This document shows positions 42,901 through 48,888 of a stretch of DNA of 48,888 bases, in pieces. Made by a program: the position numbers and the translations under genes. The stretch spans positions 1-48,888 of the forward strand of contig DVMV01000024.1 of NCBI GenBank assembly GCA_018714785.1. The letters are read 5' to 3'. Positions within the stretch are counted from its first letter, which is position 1; each line of letters opens with the position of its first letter. The notes under the pieces are model-generated. The model worked only from the letters and a program-made list of their open reading frames with translations. It was not told where the DNA came from and searched no databases. Source of the DNA: Candidatus Alloenteromonas pullicola. GTDB taxonomy: Bacteria; Bacillota_I; Bacilli_A; RFN20; CAG-826.

Positions 42901-43961
42901 GGAAGGGCGACCCGCACCAGCTCCACCGAGGCGACCTGCTGCAGCAGGGTTGGGATTAGGGTCGAGGCGATGAGGGTGCTCCATTTGGTGCCGTCAGCGG
43001 AGAACATCGACAGCAATCCCGAGTTGATGACGCTGGTTCCGACCTCGGCGATCGAGGCGAGCTCGCTCAAGACATCAATCTTGATGTCGCCGCTGTTGGT
43101 GCTGGTGAGGAAGGATATGAGCTGCGAATCGATGGTCTGGGTCCCGTCTTGGCCCTCAACCGAGAAGAAAACCTTGGCGAAGATCGAGTTCTCATAGGCG
43201 TCAAGGCAGTCATAGACCAGCCCCACCGTCTCATCCTGCTCAGAGGCCCCTTTGTCGACTTCAAGGTTCTTGGAGATGGTGTTGACCACCGAGCTGAGGG
43301 GGGCGACGATCATGGCCATGCACACCGTGGCCACCGCAAGCTGCTCCACGCCGGAGAGCAGGCGCAGCCTGCGCTTGGGGCGCCGCTTGACGATCACCGG
43401 TTCGGAGGTATCGCCGCTTGGATAGGTCTCGACTGGGCGCTTCCTGGCGAATAGGAACTTGAAGCAGATATGCCAGAGTATCCAGACCAGCAGCGACCCG
43501 AGGATGGCGATGATGATGCCCTCGGCGAAAATCAGCACCAGCTTCAGGACCGAGCCGGCGAGGGCTTGGGAATAGGCGACGATGTCATCGCTTGAGGCCG
43601 CCACCCCATAGGCCCGCAGAAGCTGGTCGAAAAACGACGTCAGGGTGTCGGATATCGTGGTGACGTTGACGGTAATCGAGTGCCCTTGGATCTGAACGGT
43701 TATCGGATTGGTGATGATTCCGGATAGGTCGTAGCCGGAGATGGCGTCCACCACCGGTCCGAGGGTGACCAGGCCAAGCGCCACCAATACTCCGATGAAC
43801 ACCATGTGGTAGGTGCCGTATCGCCAGCCCTGCAGCAGCCCCCATAGGAAGGCGATCACCAAGATCCCGAGGATGGAATAGAAGGCGATGTTGGCGGCCA
43901 GCTGGATTATAGAAACTATCTGCTCACCGTTGATGGCAGATCCCAACAGATTAATATCCAT
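36996..43961 (-). CDS. Giant membrane-anchored acidic helical-repeat protein (CvpA-like N-terminus)
   Basis: Uninterrupted 2321-aa ORF; about 4 N-terminal TM segments, then about 2100 aa rich in L/D/S with recurring (W)xxE[IL]xx[IL]xx[IL] motifs; ATGA overlap with yigZ. Confidence 0.85.
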   Translation of the reverse strand: MDINLLGSAINGEQIVSIIQLAANIAFYSILGILVIAFLWGLLQGWRYGTYHMVFIGVLVALGLVTLGPVVDAISGYDLSGIITNPITVQIQGHSITVNVTTISDTLTSFFDQLLRAYGVAASSDDIVAYSQALAGSVLKLVLIFAEGIIIAILGSLLVWILWHICFKFLFARKRPVETYPSGDTSEPVIVKRRPKRRLRLLSGVEQLAVATVCMAMIVAPLSSVVNTISKNLEVDKGASEQDETVGLVYDCLDAYENSIFAKVFFSVEGQDGTQTIDSQLISFLTSTNSGDIKIDVLSELASIAEVGTSVINSGLLSMFSADGTKWSTLIASTLIPTLLQQVASVELVRVALPIAVSIALNIDQVKSILGEDAVSYISSANYDYADELENLSDFYVDLLDSGFFDVIVDEVSKTPIIDLRQLFSIFKDQEAYDAFHSALSKADSDFINHLLAGAVYTMATKDGSTPGEGELSLASFLPSEPDGSISYKKVAQTKWFDELGLVYDAFYSLVGIDKEQMEGLFDELPTIGGSSSPKAAKKSGEGQSGTILDKALNFVVDHSAEIVEVIVGKRDASGNPVEVGEDGISTSKKSLLDSQLIGNALDDLLPFAQKQLDAANLPFDLDLSEAESELVSYDSGATRINFKRELGSILDLVSDFASTESGKAFLLDVKGLEGINFDPDGKLYSIDEGLLDALIDCLPNADRSVILSSNLPTIAEGALKNVPLQEYGIEHLDFECDSLGSEISKLLKIAKYCPVLVSSFAKFESMGTSTMTSLIVEAEDEFAYILDAILSSKIINPVIDGKQNVNFCNLVNTLMEKVGDAVSFEPLTPEDLPSNLTSEYDDDGNITVKGETYFLVDALCSVVSSGLVENLSSITGGDANQAVSALSRVDIASVFESIGNSQLLSKMAGQALDGYIIKPLFGDDTEGVSFTNITDWKAEGEAIESIIALAAKGIDLSNLDFFAIGPNVGELLTRLADSGIFTSRDGEYLFPKFLYNKLVGSLSGDALSYFLDPNDQVDPASLTTLEQKKEHTELLYHDMVESLSERGDWTGAEGEISKVSDILDAISSIGGLSAISSFSYESLPGMEKAMGALATSRSLGRVVLYNGLHAAIGGLSDEASTPEIDFSCINSAFFLHFDGEDLSLGYPSLTDGDMAANQEEVATLFAALDVIFDPSYGIYKDGQVNLDDINLGTINSEFQLRPLLESASSSKLLSTAEEGKRPVFKQLVDYVLATSTIYGERESGQDYQEFIASPINEYTKKSIRTIVDGVDDGEWDLEISIICDIVDSAQKSGLVGSDGGLNLDSVSDPATFFGTGAQKQGKVDGLKSIFNDLNSSSLFYRAIPTMLEKAFKGENNGHNHLFGDASFANNFLNYADPYFDAQEGGDDYGMYPDGETDNLVDMLADLAECSDFTLNDLSTIDSAAITDALQKMMQSHVFNQTVGEDGVTSFQYLVSDLLCFDAIKGYLYFEESPKDRALDSEYASYEKAGEADADVRAKARYLVATVMPSIQPGGASEASMRQGGEAIASLGEVLSLLQSDDMYSILSDGVLDVNAIRPSVFASLLTTLNDSPLFYDLVPNIIHTMVNSGESFAIEGIDFSSANVFYQYYQQDGKSRVGGPDWNARYDDSEIYLLSSALSYIGRNSDLFSSSGLADLSTLDPMVLRSILVDMENSYVFNLPFSSSYLSDAGISLQAGWGSDGYAFNDLTVFEQLMYLIYDDTGLASNSFSMRDYLQIYLDHPQDGYKQMLHDSILSFRDSATHSWGEEINSLTTDGRKGGLLDLVLNSDLVDQDGNLSLDSLTSIEPDTLSGFMERAARLEVVPNLLPNKLGQVFEQVDLGRFTTVTGTFFADGEGYFDLTPFLTGGGRAISLTADSIGQTAPLLYVDGLDEPIDLSAQGLVEGNAADLSNFASPSRIKLSPNEELTLAYDLSDYHFSQTDLREVDLDLIRNLLYSIYDEQNGAYVSFEGDTPLKNLLDAGLESLSLLEFYQQSTIFDKEYSASGLLPSEIAPDSPIEAREYALYSIFTVNQSIDFGSGLLIPVQASLFSHLDLDGSGMAGSLVTLNSLIGRRGDGSYPDLSGDAAYLDGNLVSIIALEGYAKAVSTVLSASSGHLAASAIKAINSSFQSPNVEVAGQNVGFTTVASAFDVSSLWAERKPAFFQYILAGEIESIAANTLSYLDCSQLFSTSFDGIEMPSGPYRIEAFGGQDASFLTAIDDLGKVIDGTYADPFHKACLAYGKSDGNPLSSRQDALRSFGDYAGERRILADMLYLGLVYDSTAHDQDDFMAYVTNLEGSDMLNAIAGTPALFSYEAAAGLLI

Positions 43962-44180
43962 ACAAGAGCATTATCCGCCATCAGGCGGAAAACAAAAAGC
44001 ATTTTCGCGCGTGTTTGTTGACGGATTTCGCGCTCGCAGCCGATGGTTGACCGTTACCCAAAGCGGACTTCGGTCCATAGTCCAGCTCCATCGCGCGGTT
44101 GGAAAGGCGGCGGATTGGCCATATTCCCCGCAAAAGGCCGCTGCGTTGATCGATTACCCGGCCCGGGGCCGAAAGACGAT

Positions 44181-44209
44181 TTGGCCGCATAGCCCGCGCG
44201 TGCTAGTAT
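44181..44209 (+). promoter_or_regulatory. Promoter of the CPBP-traX-trxA unit, probably leaderless
   Basis: TTGGCC-17 nt-TAGTAT with an extended TG, 7 nt before ATG 44217. Confidence 0.55.
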
Positions 44210-44216
44210 ATCGCGC

Positions 44217-45071
44217 ATGAAGACATATTTCGGATACCACCGCTGCGAGCGCTGCGGCGAGTCGATGGATAACCAATTCGCGGCCTGCCCCAACTGCGGG
44301 CGCGAATCGGATTTCGCCGAGGCGGGGAGGTCGTTCCGCAACTTCCTGATGCTTAGCATGCAGAAGCAGGCCGGGCTGATGGCCCTTTCGCTGGTTGGGC
44401 TGACCGTGCTCTCGCTGATAGTCTCGGTTCTGGCGCTATCGATCCACGCCGGGGATGACGAGGCCTTCGCCAAGACCCCCGGCTACCTGATGCTCTCAAA
44501 CGGTATCCCCTATACGCTGCTGCTCGCCGGCATGCTGCTGTTGCTCTGGGGGTCGTGCAAAGACCTGCTGCTCTGCTTCAAAAAATGGAAGCACGTCCTG
44601 ATGGGGCTGGCCTTCGCCGCCATCATGGTCGTGGCCGCGATCGGGTATTACTCCCTGGTTATCATCCCGGTCTACGCCGCGCTTGGAATCGAAGCCGGCA
44701 CGACCAACGCCAACCAGTCCGCGCTCAACCAGATGATCCTCGCCTACCCAGCGGTTGGGTTCATAGTGTTCGCCTTGATCGGCCCGCTGACCGAGGAGCT
44801 CGGCTACCGGGTCGGACTATTTGGCCTCAGCTCGAGGTTTGGAAAGCCGATCGGATACGCGGTCACCATCGTGGTCTTTGCCCTGATACATTTCGGGTTC
44901 GACAAGCTCGGGACCGCCGAACCGGCGATAATCGAGCTGGTCAATCTCCCTTCCTACCTCATCGGCGGCGTCTGCCTAACCATCGCCTACGACAAATTCG
45001 GCATCGAATGCTCGACCACCGCCCACATCCTGTATAATTCCTTCGCCTTGCTTACGGAGGTACTGCCCTGA
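44217..45071 (+). CDS. CPBP (CAAX/Abi) intramembrane glutamic protease with N-terminal zinc ribbon
   Basis: CERC..CPNC N-terminus; PLTEELGYR (EExxxR), FALIH (FxxxH) and HILYN (HxxxN). Confidence 0.9.
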   Translation: MKTYFGYHRCERCGESMDNQFAACPNCGRESDFAEAGRSFRNFLMLSMQKQAGLMALSLVGLTVLSLIVSVLALSIHAGDDEAFAKTPGYLMLSNGIPYTLLLAGMLLLLWGSCKDLLLCFKKWKHVLMGLAFAAIMVVAAIGYYSLVIIPVYAALGIEAGTTNANQSALNQMILAYPAVGFIVFALIGPLTEELGYRVGLFGLSSRFGKPIGYAVTIVVFALIHFGFDKLGTAEPAIIELVNLPSYLIGGVCLTIAYDKFGIECSTTAHILYNSFALLTEVLP

Positions 45072-45973
45072 TGGACGAATACGGAAAAAGGCTTCCCCTT
45101 AGCGGGTTCTTCCTCAAGATCTGCGCCTTCCTCTTCATGACCGTCGACCACGTCGGCCTCTTCCTTATGATGTACGCCGGGGCCAACGGGACGCTGGAGA
45201 TGGCGGCGTATGTCTGCCGCTGCATAGGCAGGCTCGCCTTCCCGCTGTTCGCCCTGCTTTTGGCCGAGGGAATCAGGCACAGCCACAACCGGTGGAAGTA
45301 CATGGGGAGGATCGCCATCGTCTTCGCCTTCGTGACCATCGTTCAGACGATACTGATCTACGGGACCAACGGCGTCATCAGCGGGTTGGACGGCGAGGCG
45401 GACCCGCTTACCGACCTATTGCTGTGCGGGATATTCCTTACCTGCCTGACGCTGCCGAAGGCCAAGAAGCTGTACGCCCTGATCCCCCTATCGGTGATTC
45501 TGCTGGCCTACTCGCTCGACGTATACGAGGCCTACTCGGTCAACATCTCGGTCCTCTGGTTCCCCAAGTTCCTCCGCCCCGGATACTCGGTGTACGGGTT
45601 GTTGCTCGCGACCGGGTTCTATTACGCCCGCCCCATCGCCTACGCCCTATCCAAGCCGATGTGCGACCAACTCGGGATCGCGAAGGACGTCTTCCCCGAA
45701 ACCTATCAGGGAAGGAGGACGGAGAACGTCATCGGGTCGCTGTTCTTCTTCGCCGCGACCCTGGCCTTCTGGGGAATAAGCTACCTGGCAGACGGCATCT
45801 TCGACCCTTGGTCGATGTCGGTCCAGTCGTACGGCCTGCTCGCCATCATATTGATCTACTTCTATTCCGGGAAGCGCGGATACGACTCGAAATGGTTCCG
45901 GATTGCGTCCTATTCGTATTTCCCGGTGCATCTTGCTTTGATTTACGCAATATTCTATTTAATATTTCACTGA
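45071..45973 (+). CDS. TraX-family membrane acyltransferase-like protein
   Basis: LK..A...M..DH, GRLAFPLFA.LLAEG..HS.N..KY..R, Y.GKRG and Y.YFPVHL. Confidence 0.88.
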   Translation: MDEYGKRLPLSGFFLKICAFLFMTVDHVGLFLMMYAGANGTLEMAAYVCRCIGRLAFPLFALLLAEGIRHSHNRWKYMGRIAIVFAFVTIVQTILIYGTNGVISGLDGEADPLTDLLLCGIFLTCLTLPKAKKLYALIPLSVILLAYSLDVYEAYSVNISVLWFPKFLRPGYSVYGLLLATGFYYARPIAYALSKPMCDQLGIAKDVFPETYQGRRTENVIGSLFFFAATLAFWGISYLADGIFDPWSMSVQSYGLLAIILIYFYSGKRGYDSKWFRIASYSYFPVHLALIYAIFYLIFH

Positions 45974-45993
45974 ACAAGGAGGAAACAACCCCA

Positions 45994-46299
45994 ATGGAAA
46001 AAGAAATAGCCACCGAAATGGAATACGATGAGCTCACCAAGACCGGCAAGGTCCTGGTCGACTTCTACGCCGACTGGTGCGGGCCGTGCCAGATGCTCAC
46101 CCCGATAATCAAGCAGATCGCCGACGAGCATCCCGAGCTGACCGTCTTGCGCGTCAACGTCGACAAGGTCGGCGGGCCGGCCGCGAGGCTCAACGTCTAC
46201 TCCATCCCCGCCCTATTCGTCTACGAGAACGGGAAGATCGTCGCGACCAGCGTCGGCTACCGCCCGAAGGAATCGCTAGAGAAGTTCCTCGGATATTGA
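45994..46299 (+). CDS. trxA: Thioredoxin
   Basis: VDFYADWCGPC and SIPAL; AAGGAGG SD upstream of ATG 45994. Confidence 0.95.
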   Translation: MEKEIATEMEYDELTKTGKVLVDFYADWCGPCQMLTPIIKQIADEHPELTVLRVNVDKVGGPAARLNVYSIPALFVYENGKIVATSVGYRPKESLEKFLGY

Positions 46300-46305
46300 G
46301 AGAAG

Positions 46306-46332
46306 AAAAGGCCACCTCGCGGTGGCTTTTTT
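46306..46332. terminator. Bidirectional intrinsic terminator
   Basis: AAAAG-GCCACC-tcgc-GGTGGC-TTTTTT between convergent genes. Confidence 0.8.
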
Positions 46333-46337
46333 GCTGC

Positions 46338-47069
46338 CTAAGCGCTTAGCTCCGTCGTTCCGTATTCGGAGAAAGAGCAGGAGACGACGAATCGGTCGAT
46401 TGTGATTACCGGCTCAGGCTCGCCATCTCCGTTCTCAACCGATACGAAGGGGCCGATTATGGACACGAATATCCTGCTCAGGCGGTGGCTCTGGTCGAAC
46501 GTCAGCTGCGCGATCCCCGAAAGACCGCCATCCCCGTCGCCGCTTACCTCCAGCCCAAGGTCCATCCCGACGATCACCTCCAGCGCTTCGGAGGAATCGA
46601 GTTCGTTTTGGTAGATGCCGCCGACGTTCTCGTAAGAGGCATATCCCGATGCGAAGGCGGAGAAAGAAAGTGACGGGTTTGCCGGCCCGGCATGAGGGGC
46701 CTCGGTGGTCTGCCCATCGGAGGTGGTGGTTGCGACATAGCCCCCATTATCGTCCTTCCTGATCTTCGACTCGGTTTGCTTCAGCTTGCCGTCGGTGTTC
46801 TGCTTGGTGGTGATGTCGGCTTCGCCGGAAACGTATTTAGCGCGCGAATCGCCGGTGGCGCTCATGGTTTTCTCATCGGCCTCGCCGCGGATGGTCATCG
46901 CCACCGTCTTGGTCTGGAAGATCGTAACGTTGTCGAGCCCCTCGGCGGAAAACGCCGCCGTCCATTGCTGCTCATCGACGGTCGATCCGCCTTTGGAGAT
47001 GCCGTTGAAGACGATTGAGCAGGAGCATAGCGGTATGGCCAAAAGCGCCACGGGGATTCTTAGGTTCAT
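46338..47069 (-). CDS. Uncharacterised lipoprotein (single-domain family member)
   Basis: Lipobox PLCS-C; EQQWTAAF..NVTI; C-terminal FSEYGTT; GGAGG SD. Confidence 0.82.
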   Translation of the reverse strand: MNLRIPVALLAIPLCSCSIVFNGISKGGSTVDEQQWTAAFSAEGLDNVTIFQTKTVAMTIRGEADEKTMSATGDSRAKYVSGEADITTKQNTDGKLKQTESKIRKDDNGGYVATTTSDGQTTEAPHAGPANPSLSFSAFASGYASYENVGGIYQNELDSSEALEVIVGMDLGLEVSGDGDGGLSGIAQLTFDQSHRLSRIFVSIIGPFVSVENGDGEPEPVITIDRFVVSCSFSEYGTTELSA

Positions 47070-47113
47070 TGATTGCCTCCAAATAAGATATTACACCGCG
47101 CGCCAAGGCAAGG

Positions 47114-47138
47114 AAAAGGGGCGGCAGCAACCCGCCCC
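47114..47138 (-). terminator. Intrinsic terminator
   Basis: Minus strand GGGGCGG-7 nt-CCGCCCC-TTTT after the stop at 47150. Confidence 0.65.
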
Positions 47139-47149
47139 GATGAGTTATC

Positions 47150-47806
47150 TCAATAGTTGCGGTCGAGCACCGTCGAGCCGTAATCGGTGAAGTCGATGGT
47201 GACGGTCAATCCGGCCCCGGACCCCTTGACGTTATCCGTGGAGAGCACGACCTTGCCGATCTTCTTCTGCTCGTTGAAGCGGATCTCGACGTCGATGCTC
47301 GCCCCCGTCCCGAAGAAGGAATCGGAATAATCGGCCCCAGCAAGCGAATATGCCCCATCATCATAATCGAAATCCGAATAAGCCGAGGCCCAAGGAATCA
47401 TGGCCGTCGGGAAGGTGAACGGGTTAGCCGAGGCGACATACTCATTGTACTCGCTAAAGTAGTACATCTTAAATCCATCGCCGGTTTCCCGGTAGTAACG
47501 GCTCTCGACGAGCGGATCGCCGTCGATGACCACGTCGGTTATCGTGTCGGCTTCCCCGGCGGCGAATTTGAGCGTCATGGTGCCGGTGGCTAGGTAATAG
47601 TCGCCGTCGCCGGTCACCTCGCCTACAAGAGCGGCGGTCTCAACCACCGTCACGTTGCGGAAGCTGTTCTCGTCGAATGCGTCCACCCATTCCTGCTCGC
47701 TGACCTCGACCGGGGCTTGGGGCACGTCGCCGCTAGAAGTGCCAAACGCGCAGCCAGAAAGCCCGATGGCAACTATGGCAAATAGAAATATGCAGTTCTT
47801 GTTCAT
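47150..47806 (-). CDS. Uncharacterised lipoprotein (single-domain family member)
   Basis: Lipobox GLSG-C; EQEWVDAF..NVTV; C-terminal FTDYGST; GAGGT SD. Confidence 0.85.
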   Translation of the reverse strand: MNKNCIFLFAIVAIGLSGCAFGTSSGDVPQAPVEVSEQEWVDAFDENSFRNVTVVETAALVGEVTGDGDYYLATGTMTLKFAAGEADTITDVVIDGDPLVESRYYRETGDGFKMYYFSEYNEYVASANPFTFPTAMIPWASAYSDFDYDDGAYSLAGADYSDSFFGTGASIDVEIRFNEQKKIGKVVLSTDNVKGSGAGLTVTIDFTDYGSTVLDRNY

Positions 47807-47914
47807 TCCGTTACCTCACATTGGAATACTTTAATGGGAAGCAACGACGAACGTCAATGCTAAAATATGTCAACCAAACAATTTTGATTGACGTTATTTC
47901 GTTATTCGGCACCA

Positions 47915-48526
47915 CTACTGCAAAGCAGTCGATCCATAGGAGGTGAAGCTAAGGCTAAGCTCCAAAGGCGCGGAAGCGCTCGAGGCCGAATGGTGGCTAT
48001 ATGATCCGCCGCCGAACTTCAAATCGACTTTTGAGACCCGAAGCGCCCCGTCGAAAAGCACCTCGGACTCCACCGAATCGGGCAAGGAAAGGAATTCGAC
48101 GATCCCGCCCAAAGATTCGGCGGCGTCGCAGGCGCGCTCAATCCCCGATTGGGCAAGCGTGGACATATAGGATCCGAAGTAATAGCCATAATCGGAGAAG
48201 CTGTCGGCGAATAGCCCCAATAATGGTCGGAGGTCGACTGTGGCGACTAAAGAAGGGAACAAAGCGCCTTCCTCGATGCTCAAATCATAATAGAAATCCT
48301 CATCCGGATAGCTGACGTTCCAAGAGGCCTGCTCCCCATCGGCAAGCAAAGCGAAGGAGGCAAGCTCCTCACCCGAGGAGGTGAGCTTCCCGTCCAAAGT
48401 GAAATCGACGAACCTGGATGGGTCGAAAGCGCCCTTCCATTGGGCCTCGGTCATCACCGAGTTCAGTATCGAGCAGGAGCATAGCCCAACCGATGCGATT
48501 ATCATGGTCAACCTTGGCATTCTCAT
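47915..48526 (-). CDS. Uncharacterised lipoprotein (single-domain family member)
   Basis: Lipobox GLCS-C; EAQWKGAF..DFTL; C-terminal FTSYGST. Confidence 0.8.
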   Translation of the reverse strand: MRMPRLTMIIASVGLCSCSILNSVMTEAQWKGAFDPSRFVDFTLDGKLTSSGEELASFALLADGEQASWNVSYPDEDFYYDLSIEEGALFPSLVATVDLRPLLGLFADSFSDYGYYFGSYMSTLAQSGIERACDAAESLGGIVEFLSLPDSVESEVLFDGALRVSKVDLKFGGGSYSHHSASSASAPLELSLSFTSYGSTALQ

Positions 48527-48594
48527 ATACGCCGATTTTATATTGATTCGGCGGGCAGATTAAAGGATTCCGCAGCCGGCAAAGCAAATAAAAG

Positions 48595-48623
48595 TTTACC
48601 GCCGCCCCCACTTATGATATATT
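48595..48623 (+). promoter_or_regulatory. tRNA operon promoter
   Basis: TTTACC-17 nt-TATATT with an extended TG, 11 nt before tRNA-Asp. Confidence 0.6.
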
Positions 48624-48634
48624 CTACCCCGCAC

Positions 48635-48711
48635 GGACCATTGGTGTAGCGGCCTAACATGCTTCCCTGTCACGGAAGAGATCGCGGGTTCGAATCCCGC
48701 ATGGTCCGCCA
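48635..48711 (+). tRNA. tRNA-Asp (GTC)
   Basis: Cloverleaf with acceptor GGACCAT/ATGGTCC, anticodon arm CTTCC-CTGTCAC-GGAAG, TTCGAAT loop and encoded CCA. Confidence 0.97.
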
Positions 48712-48713
48712 GC

Positions 48714-48787
48714 GCAGGTGTAGTTCAATGGTAGAGCACCGCCCTTCCAAGGCGGCCACACGGGTTCGATTCCCGCCACCTGCTCCA
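48714..48787 (+). tRNA. tRNA-Gly (TCC)
   Basis: Acceptor GCAGGTG/CACCTGC, anticodon arm CCGCC-CTTCCAA-GGCGG, TTCGATT loop and encoded CCA. There is one A-C mismatch at the base of the T stem. Confidence 0.96.
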
Positions 48788-48795
48788 TTAGCATT

Positions 48796-48828
48796 AAACC
48801 CTCGAATTTATCGAGGGTTTTTGTTTTT
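48796..48828 (+). terminator. Intrinsic terminator after the tRNAs
   Basis: AAACCCTCGA-attta-TCGAGGGTTT-TTGTTTTT. Confidence 0.85.
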
Positions 48829-48831
48829 GAT

Positions 48832-48859
48832 TGTGCCAAAACTGTGCCATTTTGTGCAT
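48832..48859 (+). repeat. Three short direct repeats TGTGC(C/A), resembling integrase arm-type sites
   Basis: TGTGCCA (48832), TGTGCCA (48843) and TGTGCAT (48853), spaced 10-11 bp in AT-rich DNA after tRNA-Gly. Confidence 0.55.
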
Positions 48860-48888
48860 AAATTTTACATCGGGTTTTGAAGGGTATT

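Noticed and set aside
45071-45973. traX as evidence of a conjugative element
   Set aside because: No relaxase, VirB4/VirD4 or pilin is nearby, and TraX-like genes are commonly chromosomal orphans.
45292-45993. Apparent 335-aa thioredoxin fusion
   Set aside because: The upstream part is an alternative frame of traX. trxA has its own AAGGAGG SD and ATG at 45994.
48654-48880. Short ORFs overlapping the tRNAs
   Set aside because: Spurious translations of tRNA-Asp and tRNA-Gly sequence.

Overview
GC-rich chromosomal window (roughly 60% GC by eye; TGA is used as a stop, so standard code 11). Gene content suggests a Bacillota/Bacilli genome of the Mollicutes-adjacent, Erysipelotrichales/RFN20-like type; this is an inference, not a database result. 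Housekeeping content: ppa, a LacI regulator, a complete atpIBEFHAGDC operon whose c subunit carries a Na+-type signature, a PPi-type phosphofructokinase, a ThrRS-N-like/uridine kinase fusion, AddAB-like helicase-nuclease, glpK, an orphan PTS IIC-like protein, pepP, yigZ, a CPBP protease, TraX, trxA, tRNA-Asp and tRNA-Gly. Best candidate for an undescribed system: a surface-protein family with six paralogues at two loci (16.4-20.7 kb and 46.3-48.5 kb) that share an internal helix-strand motif and a C-terminal 'F/Y-S/T-x-x-G/N-S/T-T' motif. The first locus is an operon headed by an M6-metalloprotease-like lipoprotein that has lost its zinc ligands, with a cre-like operator upstream. Also notable: a 2321-aa membrane-anchored repeat protein; many genes with a -10 box 6-8 nt before the ATG (probable leaderless mRNAs); and signs of an integrated element beginning right after tRNA-Gly at the window end. 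No CRISPR array, rRNA or transposase was seen.
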